Source: an uncultured Thiotrichaceae bacterium
GTDB lineage: Bacteria > Pseudomonadota > Gammaproteobacteria > SZUA-229
DNA: 64,000 nt
NCBI GenBank assembly: GCA_964522445.1
Contig: CAZFUY010000004.1
Span: forward strand, 1 to 64,000
Direction: 5' to 3'
Made by a program: the position numbers and the translations under genes. Numbering within the stretch: the stretch's first letter is position 1; every line of letters starts with the position of its first letter. The notes under the pieces are model-generated. The model searched no databases. It was given only the letters and a program-made list of their open reading frames with translations, and was not told the origin of the DNA. Below, one piece after another: positions 35,444 to 45,551 of the stretch.

Positions 35444-38400
35444 CTAACTTGCCTTCTGGAGCAACTCTTCTGCTTGCTGCTGCTGCTCCTCATTACCTTC
35501 CGCTTTTACTTCTTCCAGAATACTCCTGGCACCTTCATTATCACCCATATCAATATAGGCTTTAGCAAGATCAAGTTTAGTACCGACTTCATCAACATCC
35601 TCTGATAATTCTGAAATATCAAAATCATCGTCATCATCATCTAATGTGACTTCTACATCAGAATCATCATCCATATCCAGATTAATCTCTAAATCTTCAA
35701 CTGCTTCTTCACCTGTATCTGCATCTGCATCCAGATTAGCTTCCAGATCTTCTGACATTTCTATTTCCAGACCTGCATCGAGACTGGCCATAGTCTCATC
35801 TGAAACAGGGGGTACTTCATTGTCTGTACCCATATCCAGATCAACTTCCAGATCTTCTGGCACATCCATCTCAAGACCGGCATCAAGATTCGCCATAGTC
35901 TCATCTGAAACGGGGGGTATTTCATCGTCTGCATCTGCAGTGTCGTCTTCCAAATCTACTGCTAAATCAAGATCCATATCAGCATCCACAGATATTTCAT
36001 CTGTTGCAGCGTCTTCTGTTTCTTCTTCAAAACCAAGGTCTGAGGCATCAAAATCAAGAGAGAAATCTTCATCGATGTCTAAAGATGCCGAATCATCATC
36101 GACTTCTGCAATACTGTCACTGGCTTCTTCCAGCTCTTCTTCGAAATCACCCAGATCAAATTCTAAATCTGAAGCATCCACCGTGTCTGCTTCATCAGCA
36201 GAATCATCTAATCCCTCCAGATCCAGTGGTTCATTTAATATCTGAGTAGCATCAGCATCGGCTTCATCTGATGACAGCTCCTCATCAAAACCAAGATCCA
36301 GATCAGGTGCAACTTCAGCGTCTTCCGCATCCAGTTCAAGGTCTGTTGTCTGCGGCTTTTTAGGTAATAAATCATCAGTATCAAAGTCTGGCAGCGCAAT
36401 ACTACCGACTTCATTAAACATGGCATTGCTGGGGCATAACTCACGTCCCATGGCAACAACACGATCCCAATATCCTTTGTTATCACCTTTGCGCTGTTTA
36501 ACTTCTTCTGCCAGTGCGGCAAAGGCATCGCTATCTTTGCCTGCAAAATGCGTTTCCAGTAATTTCATCCGATAATCATCACGATCCGGATTTTCATTAA
36601 TTGCGTTGCGTAATAATTCTTCAGCCTGCTGATAAATGCCATAGGCTAAATAAACATCTGCCTCGGCAATAACATCATCACGCTCTTCTTCGTCTTCTGG
36701 TTCTTCATCGGCAAGACTGATAACAGTATCTTCCAGATCCGCAGAAATATCATCACCGCTTGAAGCATCAACCTGTGTTTCATCAAAATCAGAGTGGGTA
36801 TCGCCAAAACCAAGCTCTGTTCCTACTTCATCATCACTGGGCGACTGCATTTCTGCGGTTGCATCCAGATCCATTGCTTCTGTTTTAATGGTCGCTTCAT
36901 CTGCAACCTCATCAATTCCTGAACTATCAAGATCAGTCCATTCTTCATTTTCAGTTTTATTAATGCGACGACGACGCAGAATCATGCCAATAGTTGCAAG
37001 AAGAGCCAGTACGCCCGCACCAATTGCTGCCAGCATATTAGGGTCATCAAGCAGTTTTTCTATAAAACTTTTAGGCTTTTGTTGCGCAAATGCAGGCACA
37101 TCTGCTGCCTGAACAACTGGCTGCTCTTCTACGGCAGGCTGCTCCTCTGCAACAACTTCCTCACCAGTCACTTCTGTTGTTTCATCAACAAAAAGAGCGT
37201 CTTCAGCGGATGCTGCAACTTCACTTTCTTCGGCGACAGGTTCTTCTGTTGCTAATTCATCGACAGGCTGTTCTTCTGTTGCCACTTCTTCAGTGAGTGT
37301 TTTATCTATCGCGGCTTCATCTATCGCTGCTGGTTTAGCGCCTTCTAAATCCTGCTGTAATTTAGCCAGTTCACCATCATCCATTTGCAGAACATTTTGA
37401 ACTCTCTGTTCAAGTTCAGCCAGACGAGTGCGTAATTCTTCTTTTTCCAGACGTTCAGATTCAAGTGATTCCTGAGCCAGAGATAATTCATTGCGCAGTT
37501 TTTGCAGCTGCTGTGCTTCTGGATCCTGCGCTAAAGCAGCGGTATCACTACCATCAGAGTCGCTTGCGCTAACAATAGATAGCTGGCCATCTCCTGTTTC
37601 AACACTGCCATCAGTAACACCCGCTCCACTTTCAGATTCAGATTCTAATGAGGAGGCAGGTACTGCTCCGCTCATTGCCTGGCGGTATTCACGCCACAGT
37701 GCTGAGTGTTCTCTTGCCTGTGCCAGTGCTTCCTGCCTGCCCAATGATGTTATTGATGCACGATCTGGCATACGCAAAATATAGCCACGTTTTACACCAT
37801 TAATATTTTCTTTAATAAAAGCTTCAGGATTTTCTCTTACCAGTGCCAGCATCATCTGCTCAACAGAGACTGAATTATCTGGACGCATACGATTAGCCAT
37901 ACTCCACAAAGTATCATTTTGCTGAACTCGATAGCTTCCGCTCACTTCCTGATACTGAGGAACAGGCTGATATGTAACCTGTTTTTGAGTGCTTTCCGAT
38001 TCAACAACAGCTACCGGCGCAACTTGCGTACTCTGCATCGCCTGTGGCGCGGCATAAGCACTTTGTGCTGGGCGACCACCCTGTTGTTGTATCGAAGATT
38101 TTTGAGATGCCGGCTGAGCCTGAGTTGAATCAGCCGGATCAATAAAAGGGCGACCATTGTCCGCAGCAGGCTGTGCGGGTGCAGATGTACTTGCAGTAGA
38201 TCCTGAATAAACAGGTGGGTCTAATAACAAGGTATATTCACGTAACATGTGGCCTTCTGGCCAGTCAATTTCTACAAGAAAACTTAGAAAAGGTTCACGA
38301 ATAGGTTTTTTGGTTTTAATACTTATATAAAGCTTATTGTTCTTTAAAAAAGCCTTAAATTTAAGTTGTTGTAGCAAATAAGGGCGATCAATGCCTGATC

Positions 38401-38629
38401 GAGAAAAAGCGTCCCTGGATGCCAGCTTAACAATAAGTTGCTCAATATCTTCCGGCTCAGCAGATAAAACTTCAACTTCTGCATCCAGCTCCTGATTAAG
38501 CGCAGAATTCAGTTCTATTTCTCCCAGCCCCAGAGGATAACCTCGTCCAGGCATTAAAGCAGCTAAAATAGCCATGCTTAATGTCAGTTTGCGCACCGCT
38601 TTTCCCCTCAAAATCGATTCCTCAGACAT
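35444..38629 (-). CDS. fimV: FimV/HubP-family polar scaffold protein (LysM, TM, highly acidic repeats, C-terminal TPR-like motif)
   Basis: 1061 aa. N-terminus LGLGEIELNSALNQELDAEVEV. LysM segment YRVQQNDTLWSMANRM. A single TM (MLAAIGAGVLALLATIGMIL), a long D/E-rich region, and a conserved C-terminal LDLAKAYIDMGDNEGARSILEEV. Confidence 0.85.
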   Translation of the reverse strand: MSEESILRGKAVRKLTLSMAILAALMPGRGYPLGLGEIELNSALNQELDAEVEVLSAEPEDIEQLIVKLASRDAFSRSGIDRPYLLQQLKFKAFLKNNKLYISIKTKKPIREPFLSFLVEIDWPEGHMLREYTLLLDPPVYSGSTASTSAPAQPAADNGRPFIDPADSTQAQPASQKSSIQQQGGRPAQSAYAAPQAMQSTQVAPVAVVESESTQKQVTYQPVPQYQEVSGSYRVQQNDTLWSMANRMRPDNSVSVEQMMLALVRENPEAFIKENINGVKRGYILRMPDRASITSLGRQEALAQAREHSALWREYRQAMSGAVPASSLESESESGAGVTDGSVETGDGQLSIVSASDSDGSDTAALAQDPEAQQLQKLRNELSLAQESLESERLEKEELRTRLAELEQRVQNVLQMDDGELAKLQQDLEGAKPAAIDEAAIDKTLTEEVATEEQPVDELATEEPVAEESEVAASAEDALFVDETTEVTGEEVVAEEQPAVEEQPVVQAADVPAFAQQKPKSFIEKLLDDPNMLAAIGAGVLALLATIGMILRRRRINKTENEEWTDLDSSGIDEVADEATIKTEAMDLDATAEMQSPSDDEVGTELGFGDTHSDFDETQVDASSGDDISADLEDTVISLADEEPEDEEERDDVIAEADVYLAYGIYQQAEELLRNAINENPDRDDYRMKLLETHFAGKDSDAFAALAEEVKQRKGDNKGYWDRVVAMGRELCPSNAMFNEVGSIALPDFDTDDLLPKKPQTTDLELDAEDAEVAPDLDLGFDEELSSDEADADATQILNEPLDLEGLDDSADEADTVDASDLEFDLGDFEEELEEASDSIAEVDDDSASLDIDEDFSLDFDASDLGFEEETEDAATDEISVDADMDLDLAVDLEDDTADADDEIPPVSDETMANLDAGLEMDVPEDLEVDLDMGTDNEVPPVSDETMASLDAGLEIEMSEDLEANLDADADTGEEAVEDLEINLDMDDDSDVEVTLDDDDDDFDISELSEDVDEVGTKLDLAKAYIDMGDNEGARSILEEVKAEGNEEQQQQAEELLQKAS
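35714..35923 (-). repeat. Tandem 2 x 105-bp (35-aa) repeat inside fimV
   Basis: Units EIPPVSDETMANLDAGLEMDVPEDLEVDLDMGTDN and EVPPVSDETMASLDAGLEIEMSEDLEANLDADADT. At the nucleotide level, catagtctcatctgaaac is shared by both. Confidence 0.85.
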
Positions 38630-38714
38630 ACGAAATAATGAAACAGGGATAGAAACTCCCCCATTTCGGTCAACATGCTAAGAATGAGCTTTAGCATTTA
38701 GGTGTAACTATAGG

Positions 38715-39737
38715 TTATAAATAGTCTTTTATCAAAATTTCTGCAATTTGCACACTATTTAATGCCGCACCTTTTCGCACATTATCGGCAACAACCCACA
38801 AATTTAAGCCTTTTTCATGGGAAATATCTTCTCGAATCCTGCCAACATAAGTAGGGTCGGTGGTTGCGCCTTCTGTCACAGCTGTTGGATAGCCACCATC
38901 TTTGCGCTCATCCATCACTTTAATGCCCGCAGATTTTGACAGCAGATCACGGCACTCATCCGCCGTCATTTTTTCATTTGTTTCAATATGCAGTGCTTCA
39001 GAGTGACCATAGAACACAGGCACACGAACCGCTGTTGGATTTACCACGATGCTGTCATCTTCCATAATTTTTTTGGTTTCCCACACCATTTTCATTTCTT
39101 CTTTGGTGTAACCGTTATCCATAAAAACATCTATATGCGGTAAAACATTAAAAGCTATTTGCTTGGGATAAACATTACATTCAACTTCTAAACCATTTAG
39201 CAACTTTGCGGTTTGCCCTGCCAGCTCTTCAATAGCTTCTTTACCCGTGCCAGAAACAGCCTGATAGGTACACACATTAATGCGAGAAATACCAACTGCA
39301 TCTTTAATCGGTTTTAGCGCCACTAACATTTGAATAGTTGAACAGTTTGGATTTGCAATAATGCCTTTGGTTTTGTAACGAGCAATTGCATGTGGATTAA
39401 CTTCTGGCACAACCAAAGGAATATCATCGACATAACGAAACTCAGAAGTGTTATCAATAACAACACAACCTGCCGCAGCTGCTTTTGGTGCAAACTCTTT
39501 TGAAATAGAACCACCAGCAGAAAACAAACCAATCTGAACTTTTGAAAAATCAAAATCTGCCAGATTTTCAACTGTTAATAATTTATCACCAAATTCTACT
39601 TTTTTACCCGCAGAACGCTCTGACGCTAATGCATAAACTTTACCTACTGGAAAGTTTCTTTCTGCCAGAATAGATAACATAGTTTCACCCACAGCACCTG
39701 TGGCACCGACTACTGCTACATCATATGTTTTACTCAT
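38715..39737 (-). CDS. asd: Aspartate-semialdehyde dehydrogenase
   Basis: ORF 38715..39770, start moved to ATG 39737 (MSKTYDVAVVGATGAVG). Active-site NPNCSTI. Confidence 0.9.
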   Translation of the reverse strand: MSKTYDVAVVGATGAVGETMLSILAERNFPVGKVYALASERSAGKKVEFGDKLLTVENLADFDFSKVQIGLFSAGGSISKEFAPKAAAAGCVVIDNTSEFRYVDDIPLVVPEVNPHAIARYKTKGIIANPNCSTIQMLVALKPIKDAVGISRINVCTYQAVSGTGKEAIEELAGQTAKLLNGLEVECNVYPKQIAFNVLPHIDVFMDNGYTKEEMKMVWETKKIMEDDSIVVNPTAVRVPVFYGHSEALHIETNEKMTADECRDLLSKSAGIKVMDERKDGGYPTAVTEGATTDPTYVGRIREDISHEKGLNLWVVADNVRKGAALNSVQIAEILIKDYL

Positions 39738-39766
39738 AACTTTACCCTTAATATTTAAATTGCTAG

Positions 39767-39828
39767 CCACAGAGGCTCAGAGGACACAAAGATTTTTAAA
39801 GTTAATTAATAGCTCTGTGCCTCTGCGG
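39767..39828. repeat. Octamer-unit palindromic element (CACAGAGG units)
   Basis: Left arm ccacagaggctcagag and right arm ctctgtgcctctgcgg (14/16 complementary), with a 30-nt AT-rich loop. It lies 9 nt downstream of the leuB stop. Confidence 0.75.
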
Positions 39829-39836
39829 CAAATTTT

Positions 39837-40913
39837 TTAAGCTTTTAAAGCTTCAATCACTGCATCACCCATTGCCGCAGTACCCACTTCTTTACAGCCT
39901 TCAGACATAATATCTGGCGTGCGCAAACCTTTATCCAGAACATTACCGACTGCATTTTCAATACGTTGTGCCACAGCTTCATTATCCAGACTGTAACGCA
40001 ACATCATGGCAACAGATAAAATAGTCGCCAGTGGATTGGCAACACCTTTACCTGCAATATCCGGAGCTGAACCATGTATGGGTTCATACATGCCTTTACC
40101 ATTTGCATCTAGTGAAGCCGATGGCAACATACCAATTGATCCGGTTAACATTGCTGCCGCATCTGACAAAACATCACCAAATAAATTGCTGGTCACCATT
40201 ACATCAAACTGTTTCGGCCATTTAACTAACTGCATCGCTGCGTTATCAACATACATATGGCTAAGTTCTACTTCCGGATAATCTTTGGCGACATTCTCCA
40301 TCACGTCTCGCCACAGTTCAGATACTTCCAGTACATTGGCTTTATCTACTGAGCAAACACGTTTGTCTCGCTTCATGGCAATATCAAAAGCGGAACGACC
40401 TATGCGATCAATTTCACTTTCTTTATAACCCGCGGTGTTATAAGCATAACGCTCACCATCTTTTTCAGTAATTTCACGAGGCTGACCAAAATAAATGCCA
40501 CCAGTTAATTCACGCACAATCATAATATCTAAACCCGCCACTATCTCTGCTTTTAAAGAGGATGCGTCAGCCAGTTGAGGATATAAAATAGCAGGACGTA
40601 AGTTTGAAAATAGAGTCATTTCGGAGCGCAGGCCTAGCAAACCTTTTTCAGGTCGTTTTTCACGGGGTAGTGACTCATATTGTGGACCACCCACAGCACC
40701 TAATAAAATCGCATCGGATGCTTTACACAGATTTAAAGTAGCTTCAGGCAATGGATCACCGGCTGCATCATAACCTGCACCACCAACAGGTGCTTCTTCC
40801 AGCTCTACATTTAATGAGCCATCATCTTTTAGAAAGTTAATAAGCTTAACCGCTTCATTAACTATTTCTGGGCCTATACCATCACCGGGAAGAATTGCTA
40901 TTTTTTGTGTCAT
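39837..40913 (-). CDS. leuB: 3-isopropylmalate dehydrogenase
   Basis: 358 aa, [12 protein letters not shown]-terminus, typical LeuB throughout. Confidence 0.95.
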   Translation of the reverse strand: MTQKIAILPGDGIGPEIVNEAVKLINFLKDDGSLNVELEEAPVGGAGYDAAGDPLPEATLNLCKASDAILLGAVGGPQYESLPREKRPEKGLLGLRSEMTLFSNLRPAILYPQLADASSLKAEIVAGLDIMIVRELTGGIYFGQPREITEKDGERYAYNTAGYKESEIDRIGRSAFDIAMKRDKRVCSVDKANVLEVSELWRDVMENVAKDYPEVELSHMYVDNAAMQLVKWPKQFDVMVTSNLFGDVLSDAAAMLTGSIGMLPSASLDANGKGMYEPIHGSAPDIAGKGVANPLATILSVAMMLRYSLDNEAVAQRIENAVGNVLDKGLRTPDIMSEGCKEVGTAAMGDAVIEALKA

Positions 40914-40963
40914 GTTTAAAACCTTTTTTTGTCATGAAGACACTGAGAATTAATTAATAAAAT

Positions 40964-41115
40964 AAAAGCAAAAGAAAACGCAAATGAACGCAAACAACGG
41001 AAATAAACGCGAATGTTTGTTTATGCACCTAAGGTGTACCACACCCTACTTAGCCTTTGCTTTTATTTGCGTGCATTGGCGTTCATTTGCGTTATTCGCG
41101 TTTTCTTTTGCTTTT
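40964..41115. repeat. Family-1 phased-repeat palindromic element, copy B
   Basis: Left arm aaaagcaaaagaaaacgcaaatgaacgcaaacaacggaaataaacgcgaatg. Right arm ctttgcttttatttgcgtgcattggcgttcatttgcgttattcgcgttttcttttgctttt. It lies between the leuD stop and the leuB start. Confidence 0.85.
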
Positions 41116-41159
41116 CATCATGTTCAAGTAAGTAACTTTTGCCTCTGCATCAAGATTAA

Positions 41160-41795
41160 TCAAAATAACCAGGGCGCTGATTGCTTTCGTTGTTCTTCAT
41201 ACGCTTTAATATCATTCGCATGTTTTAAAGTCAGGCCAATATCATCCAGGCCATTTAGCAGACAATATTTACGAAACTCATCAACATCAAAATTTATTTT
41301 ATCGCCTTCTTCTATGATAATTTTTTGCGATTCTAAATCAATCGTTAACTGATAACCTTTTTTTGATTTTACTCTGTTAAATAAATCATCAACCACACTG
41401 GCTTCAAGTGCTATGGGTAACAAACCATTTTTAAAGCTGTTGTTAAAAAAGATGTCTGCAAAACTGGGGGCAATTACGGCACGAAAACCAAAATCGGTTA
41501 ATGCCCAAACGGCATGTTCTCTTGATGAGCCACAACCAAAATTCTCGCGAGCCATTAATATACGCGCCTGATCATAAGGCTGCTGATTTAATATAAAATC
41601 TTTATTAATGCGACGCGCAGAATTATCCATGCCGGGCTCACCCGGATCAAGATAACGCCAGTCATCAAATGCATTGGGGCCAAAGCCACTGCGTTGAATT
41701 GATTTTAAATATTGCTTGGGAATAATCGCATCAGTATCAACATTGGGTCGATCCAATGGTGCAACAATTCCGGTTTCTTTTATAAATTTTTCCAT
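41160..41795 (-). CDS. leuD: 3-isopropylmalate dehydratase small subunit
   Basis: 211 aa with the GCGSSREHA motif. Confidence 0.95.
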   Translation of the reverse strand: MEKFIKETGIVAPLDRPNVDTDAIIPKQYLKSIQRSGFGPNAFDDWRYLDPGEPGMDNSARRINKDFILNQQPYDQARILMARENFGCGSSREHAVWALTDFGFRAVIAPSFADIFFNNSFKNGLLPIALEASVVDDLFNRVKSKKGYQLTIDLESQKIIIEEGDKINFDVDEFRKYCLLNGLDDIGLTLKHANDIKAYEEQRKQSAPWLF

Positions 41796-41833
41796 AACAA
41801 TCTCGATTAATTTTTAGCTCTTCTCACTGACAA

Positions 41834-41974
41834 TTATTCTTTATTATTCTCTTTGTCATTTTTCTGGATTTTTTCCCCTAAAACTTCCAGGTCTTTTCCA
41901 AAGCCTTCAATCGTATTACAGGCCGTAATTGAAAAAAAACCTGACACCAACATAAGAACAAATAGTTTTTTCAT
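41834..41974 (-). CDS. Entericidin (EcnA/B)-family small lipoprotein, 46 aa (absent from the ORF track)
   Basis: Hand translation gives MKKLFVLMLVSGFFSITACNTIEGFGKDLEVLGEKIQKNDKENNKE. It has a lipobox (SITAC) and a CNTxEGFGKD core like E. coli EcnA/EcnB (CNTxRGxGED). ATG at 41974, TAA at 41834-41836. Confidence 0.7.
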   Translation of the reverse strand: MKKLFVLMLVSGFFSITACNTIEGFGKDLEVLGEKIQKNDKENNKE

Positions 41975-41986
41975 AACCGTATTTCC

Positions 41987-43390
41987 TCAAAAATTTCTAA
42001 CATCAACAAAGTGACCCGCAATAGCCGCAGCAGCGGCCATAGCAGGGCTGACTAAATGCGTACGACCTCCCTGCCCCTGACGACCTTCAAAATTACGATT
42101 TGAAGTTGATGCACAACGCTCGCCTGAATCAAGACGATCCGCATTCATCGCCAGACACATGGAACAACCAGGATCACGCCATTCAAAACCCGCTTCAATA
42201 AATAATTTATCGAGTCCTTCTTTCTCCGCCTGCTGTTTTATCAGACCTGAGCCGGGAACGATTAATGCCTGCTTCACATTTTCAGCGATTTTTCGTCCTT
42301 TAATCACTTTGGCCGCCTGCTGTAAATCTTCTAAACGTGAATTGGTGCATGAGCCTATAAAGACTTTATCAATAGTAATCTGATTGATTGGCTCACCCGC
42401 ATTCAGTCCCATATAATTCAGCGCTTTTTCCATGCCACTGGCTTTAACCTGATCTGCCTGGCTTGCAGGATCTGGAACGCGATCATCAATGGACACCACC
42501 ATTTCAGGCGAAGTTCCCCAGGTCACCTGTGGCTTAATATCTGCCGCATCCAGTGTAATTTCAGTATCAAAGACAGCATCGCTATCACTGACCAGATCCT
42601 TCCATGCGGCAACGGCTTTATCCCATACATCCACATGGGGTGAATAAGGTCGGCCTTTTACAAACTCAATGGTGATGTCATCAACCGCCACCAGCCCCAC
42701 TCGCGCGCCCGCTTCTATGGCCATATTGCATATTGTCATGCGGCCTTCCATTGAGGTATCTCGAATTGCACTGCCCGCAAATTCAATCGCGTAACCTGTG
42801 CCACCCGCCGTACCTATCTCACCAATAACAGCCAGCACTATATCTTTCGCTGTTACACCCACACCCAGCTTGCCATCAATGTTAATACGCATATTTTTCA
42901 TTTTTTTCTGCAACAAACACTGGGTTGCTAAAACATGCTCAACTTCCGATGTGCCTATGCCAAATGCCATAGCACCAAATGCACCATGGGTAGCAGTATG
43001 TGAATCACCGCAGACCAGCGTCATGCCCGGCAAAGTTGCGCCCTGCTCCGGGCCAATAACATGCACTATGCCCTGACGAATATCATTCATATCGAATTCA
43101 GTAATGCCAAATTCTTTGCAGTTGCTACCCAGTGTTTCAACCTGTAAACAGGCAATGGGATCAGTAATGCCTTTATCTCGATCAATGGTAGGCACGTTAT
43201 GATCAGGAACAGCCAGTGCTGTATCTGTTCGCCACACGTCACGGCCTGCTATACGCAAACCTTCAAAAGCCTGTGGAGAAGTGACTTCATGCACCAGATG
43301 ACGATCAATATATAGCAATGCCGTACCACCATCTTCTGTGCGCACGACATGAGAATCGAATAATTTATCGTAAAGGGTTTTGCCTGACAT
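41987..43390 (-). CDS. leuC: 3-isopropylmalate dehydratase large subunit
   Basis: 467 aa with aconitase-family Fe-S ligand motifs (CGDSHT, GSCTNSR). Confidence 0.95.
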   Translation of the reverse strand: MSGKTLYDKLFDSHVVRTEDGGTALLYIDRHLVHEVTSPQAFEGLRIAGRDVWRTDTALAVPDHNVPTIDRDKGITDPIACLQVETLGSNCKEFGITEFDMNDIRQGIVHVIGPEQGATLPGMTLVCGDSHTATHGAFGAMAFGIGTSEVEHVLATQCLLQKKMKNMRINIDGKLGVGVTAKDIVLAVIGEIGTAGGTGYAIEFAGSAIRDTSMEGRMTICNMAIEAGARVGLVAVDDITIEFVKGRPYSPHVDVWDKAVAAWKDLVSDSDAVFDTEITLDAADIKPQVTWGTSPEMVVSIDDRVPDPASQADQVKASGMEKALNYMGLNAGEPINQITIDKVFIGSCTNSRLEDLQQAAKVIKGRKIAENVKQALIVPGSGLIKQQAEKEGLDKLFIEAGFEWRDPGCSMCLAMNADRLDSGERCASTSNRNFEGRQGQGGRTHLVSPAMAAAAAIAGHFVDVRNF

Positions 43391-43479
43391 TTAGCATTCT
43401 CCAACCATTAGACCTGTAATTGAGACTGATTTTATGCCCGAACAAGCCATAAAACAAATTCATTATTTTTATAGTATGC

Positions 43480-43494
43480 ATTCCTTTTAGGAAT
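43480..43494. promoter_or_regulatory. Candidate LysR-type (T-N11-A) operator in the leuC / lysR divergent region
   Basis: attcc-tttta-ggaat, a perfect 5-5-5 inverted repeat containing T-N11-A. It lies 19 nt upstream of the LysR-family gene start. Confidence 0.45.
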
Positions 43495-43512
43495 AGATTA
43501 AAATCCAGCTTT

Positions 43513-44385
43513 ATGGATATTCAGAACCTGCAAGCCTTTATTATCGTCAGTGAAAACAGCTCATTTTCAAAAGCAGCTGAAAAACTGTTTATTACTCAAC
43601 CCGCCGTCAGCAAACGCATCTCATCACTGGAACAGGAACTTGGTGTAAAACTGTTTGACCGCATTGGCAAATCGGTACAGACAACCGAAGCAGGACTGGC
43701 TTTACTGGTCAGCGCAAAACGCATACTGGCCGAGCTGGAAAATAGCCGTCGAGTAATAAGCAATCTTACCGGCAAGGTTAATGGCCCATTGCGTCTTGGT
43801 ACCAGCCACCACATTGGCCTGCACCGACTCCCCCCGGCATTACGCGCCTATACCGCTCAATACCCGGATGTTGATCTGGATATTCACTTTATGGATTCAG
43901 AAGATGCCTGCGAGGCAGTTATCAAAGGCGACCTGGAACTGGCCATTGCTACCCTGCCAGAAAAACCTATGGATAATCTAACCACAAAAATTATCTGGCA
44001 TGATCCATTATGCATTGCCGTTAGCAAAGATCATCCATTAGCAAACAGAAAAAATATAAAGCAAAACACATTACTGGAATATCCAGCCATACTGCCATCA
44101 CAAAGCACATTTACTCGCAGGCTAATGGAAAAAGCATTAACGATGGATAGCCGTAAAATGAAGATTGCAATGGAAACCAATTACCTTGAAACCATTAAAA
44201 TGATGGTGTCTATTGGATTAGGCTGGAGCGTATTACCTAAATCGATGATCACGGATGATATTCAATGTATCCATATAAAAAACATTCGCATGGAACGGCA
44301 ATTAGGTGTTGCCTATCATGCGGAGCGCACTTTATCGAATGCGGCAAAGATGTTTTTAAAAAAGCTAAAAGAATTTAGCCGTTAA
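43513..44385 (+). CDS. LysR-family transcriptional regulator
   Basis: 290 aa with an N-terminal wHTH (FSKAAEKLFITQPAVSKRISSLEQELGVKLFDR) and a C-terminal substrate-binding domain. It is divergent from leuC. Confidence 0.85.
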   Translation: MDIQNLQAFIIVSENSSFSKAAEKLFITQPAVSKRISSLEQELGVKLFDRIGKSVQTTEAGLALLVSAKRILAELENSRRVISNLTGKVNGPLRLGTSHHIGLHRLPPALRAYTAQYPDVDLDIHFMDSEDACEAVIKGDLELAIATLPEKPMDNLTTKIIWHDPLCIAVSKDHPLANRKNIKQNTLLEYPAILPSQSTFTRRLMEKALTMDSRKMKIAMETNYLETIKMMVSIGLGWSVLPKSMITDDIQCIHIKNIRMERQLGVAYHAERTLSNAAKMFLKKLKEFSR

Positions 44386-45536
44386 ACTTTTTCTTCTATC
44401 TTTACAAATTTCCAGGTAATAAAAAAAGCAAACAAGGCAGATAATGCAGCCAGATTAAAAATCACATCCGGTGTCGTCTGATCCCAGAAACGGCCACTCA
44501 TATAACTACCTACCGCACCACCTGCGCCAAAACTAATACTGGAATAAAGCGCCTGCCCCCTGCCCTGATATTTTCCTTTAAATAATTTATGAATCATATC
44601 TATGGCAACCGCATGATATAAACCAAAACTTGCAGCATGCAGTATCTGCGCAAATAAAATAATGGAAAAGAAATCCACAAAATGGCCGATTAAAAGCCAG
44701 CGTATTACGGTTAATGACAATGCCAGCATTAATAATGCACGTGGACCAAATTTTGGCATTAGTTTATACATATATAAAAACACCAGCACTTCAGCCATAA
44801 CACCCAGCGCCCATAACAAGCCAATTGTACTGCTGTCATAAAGCTGTTCTTTTAAGTAGATAGAATAAAACGTGTAATAAGGCCCATGGCTCATTTGCGC
44901 AAGAAAACACACCACTAACAGGGCTATGACTTTGGGCTGTTTAATAACATGAAAAATACTCACATGCTCTGTTTCTTGTTTTTGACGATGACTTTGCGGA
45001 ACAATAAAACTGATAAGCGCAATGCCAATATAAATAACAAAAACAACCTGCGGCACTAAAGAATATTCTTTGCTATCAAGATACTGGCCAAGCACAACAA
45101 CAGATAATATAAACCCCAGCGATCCCCATAAACGAATAACGCTGTATTTATTTGTATTGTCACCCAGATGATTCATAGTGATAGCCTCAAACTGAGGCAG
45201 GGAAGCATTCCAGAAAAAACTAAACACAGCCATCACCAGCGCCAGCCACCAGAAACTGGAATCAAAGAAAACACCGATAAAACTAATAGCAGATGCAACA
45301 GCAGCCAGACGAATAATAAGCATACTTCTGCCCGTATGATCAGCCATCCAGCTCCACAAATAAGGCGCAACAATTTTGGTAACCATAATGATAGCCATCA
45401 ATTCACCAATGGCACGCGCATCAAATTCTAAAGACTGTAAATACAATCCCCAATAGGGAACCAGTGCGCCTAAAGACGCAAAGTAGAAGAAATAAAAACC
45501 GGAGAGTCGCCAGTAGGGAACGGAGTTGGTTGACAT
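44382..45536 (-). CDS. MFS transporter (HcaT / MFS_1_like type, 12 TM)
   Basis: 384 aa with about 12 hydrophobic helices. The N-terminus YWRLSGFYFFYFASLGALVPYWGLYL is typical of this MFS subfamily. Confidence 0.7.
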   Translation of the reverse strand: MSTNSVPYWRLSGFYFFYFASLGALVPYWGLYLQSLEFDARAIGELMAIIMVTKIVAPYLWSWMADHTGRSMLIIRLAAVASAISFIGVFFDSSFWWLALVMAVFSFFWNASLPQFEAITMNHLGDNTNKYSVIRLWGSLGFILSVVVLGQYLDSKEYSLVPQVVFVIYIGIALISFIVPQSHRQKQETEHVSIFHVIKQPKVIALLVVCFLAQMSHGPYYTFYSIYLKEQLYDSSTIGLLWALGVMAEVLVFLYMYKLMPKFGPRALLMLALSLTVIRWLLIGHFVDFFSIILFAQILHAASFGLYHAVAIDMIHKLFKGKYQGRGQALYSSISFGAGGAVGSYMSGRFWDQTTPDVIFNLAALSALFAFFITWKFVKIEEKV

Positions 45537-45551
45537 TTAAATCGAAACTTT

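Noticed and set aside
35646-36245. 199-aa Ser-rich ORF (and 36004-36249, 36888-37112, 37090-37296, 37491-37784) on the plus strand opposite fimV
   Set aside because: These are the antisense reading of GAx/GAT acidic codons, which gives TCx serine runs. They have low complexity, no RBS and no independent signal, so they are artefacts of the fimV acidic repeats.
40964-41115. Possibility that the short phased repeats represent a CRISPR array or iteron-type replication origin
   Set aside because: The units are only 8-10 bp, degenerate and contiguous, with no unique 25-40-bp spacers. They are arranged as inverted arms, and no cas, rep or dnaA-box context is present.
40984-41352. 122-aa ORF (and 45637-45864, 75 aa) with FAFICVH..RSFALFAF-type sequence
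   Set aside because: Both read straight through family-1 repeat arms and into the antisense of leuD/aroC. The shared peptide motif is simply the translated repeat.
43391-43512. Leucine leader peptide/attenuator upstream of leuC
   Set aside because: The only small ORF ([32 protein letters not shown]) has no run of Leu codons and runs into leuC out of frame. No terminator/antiterminator pair was seen.
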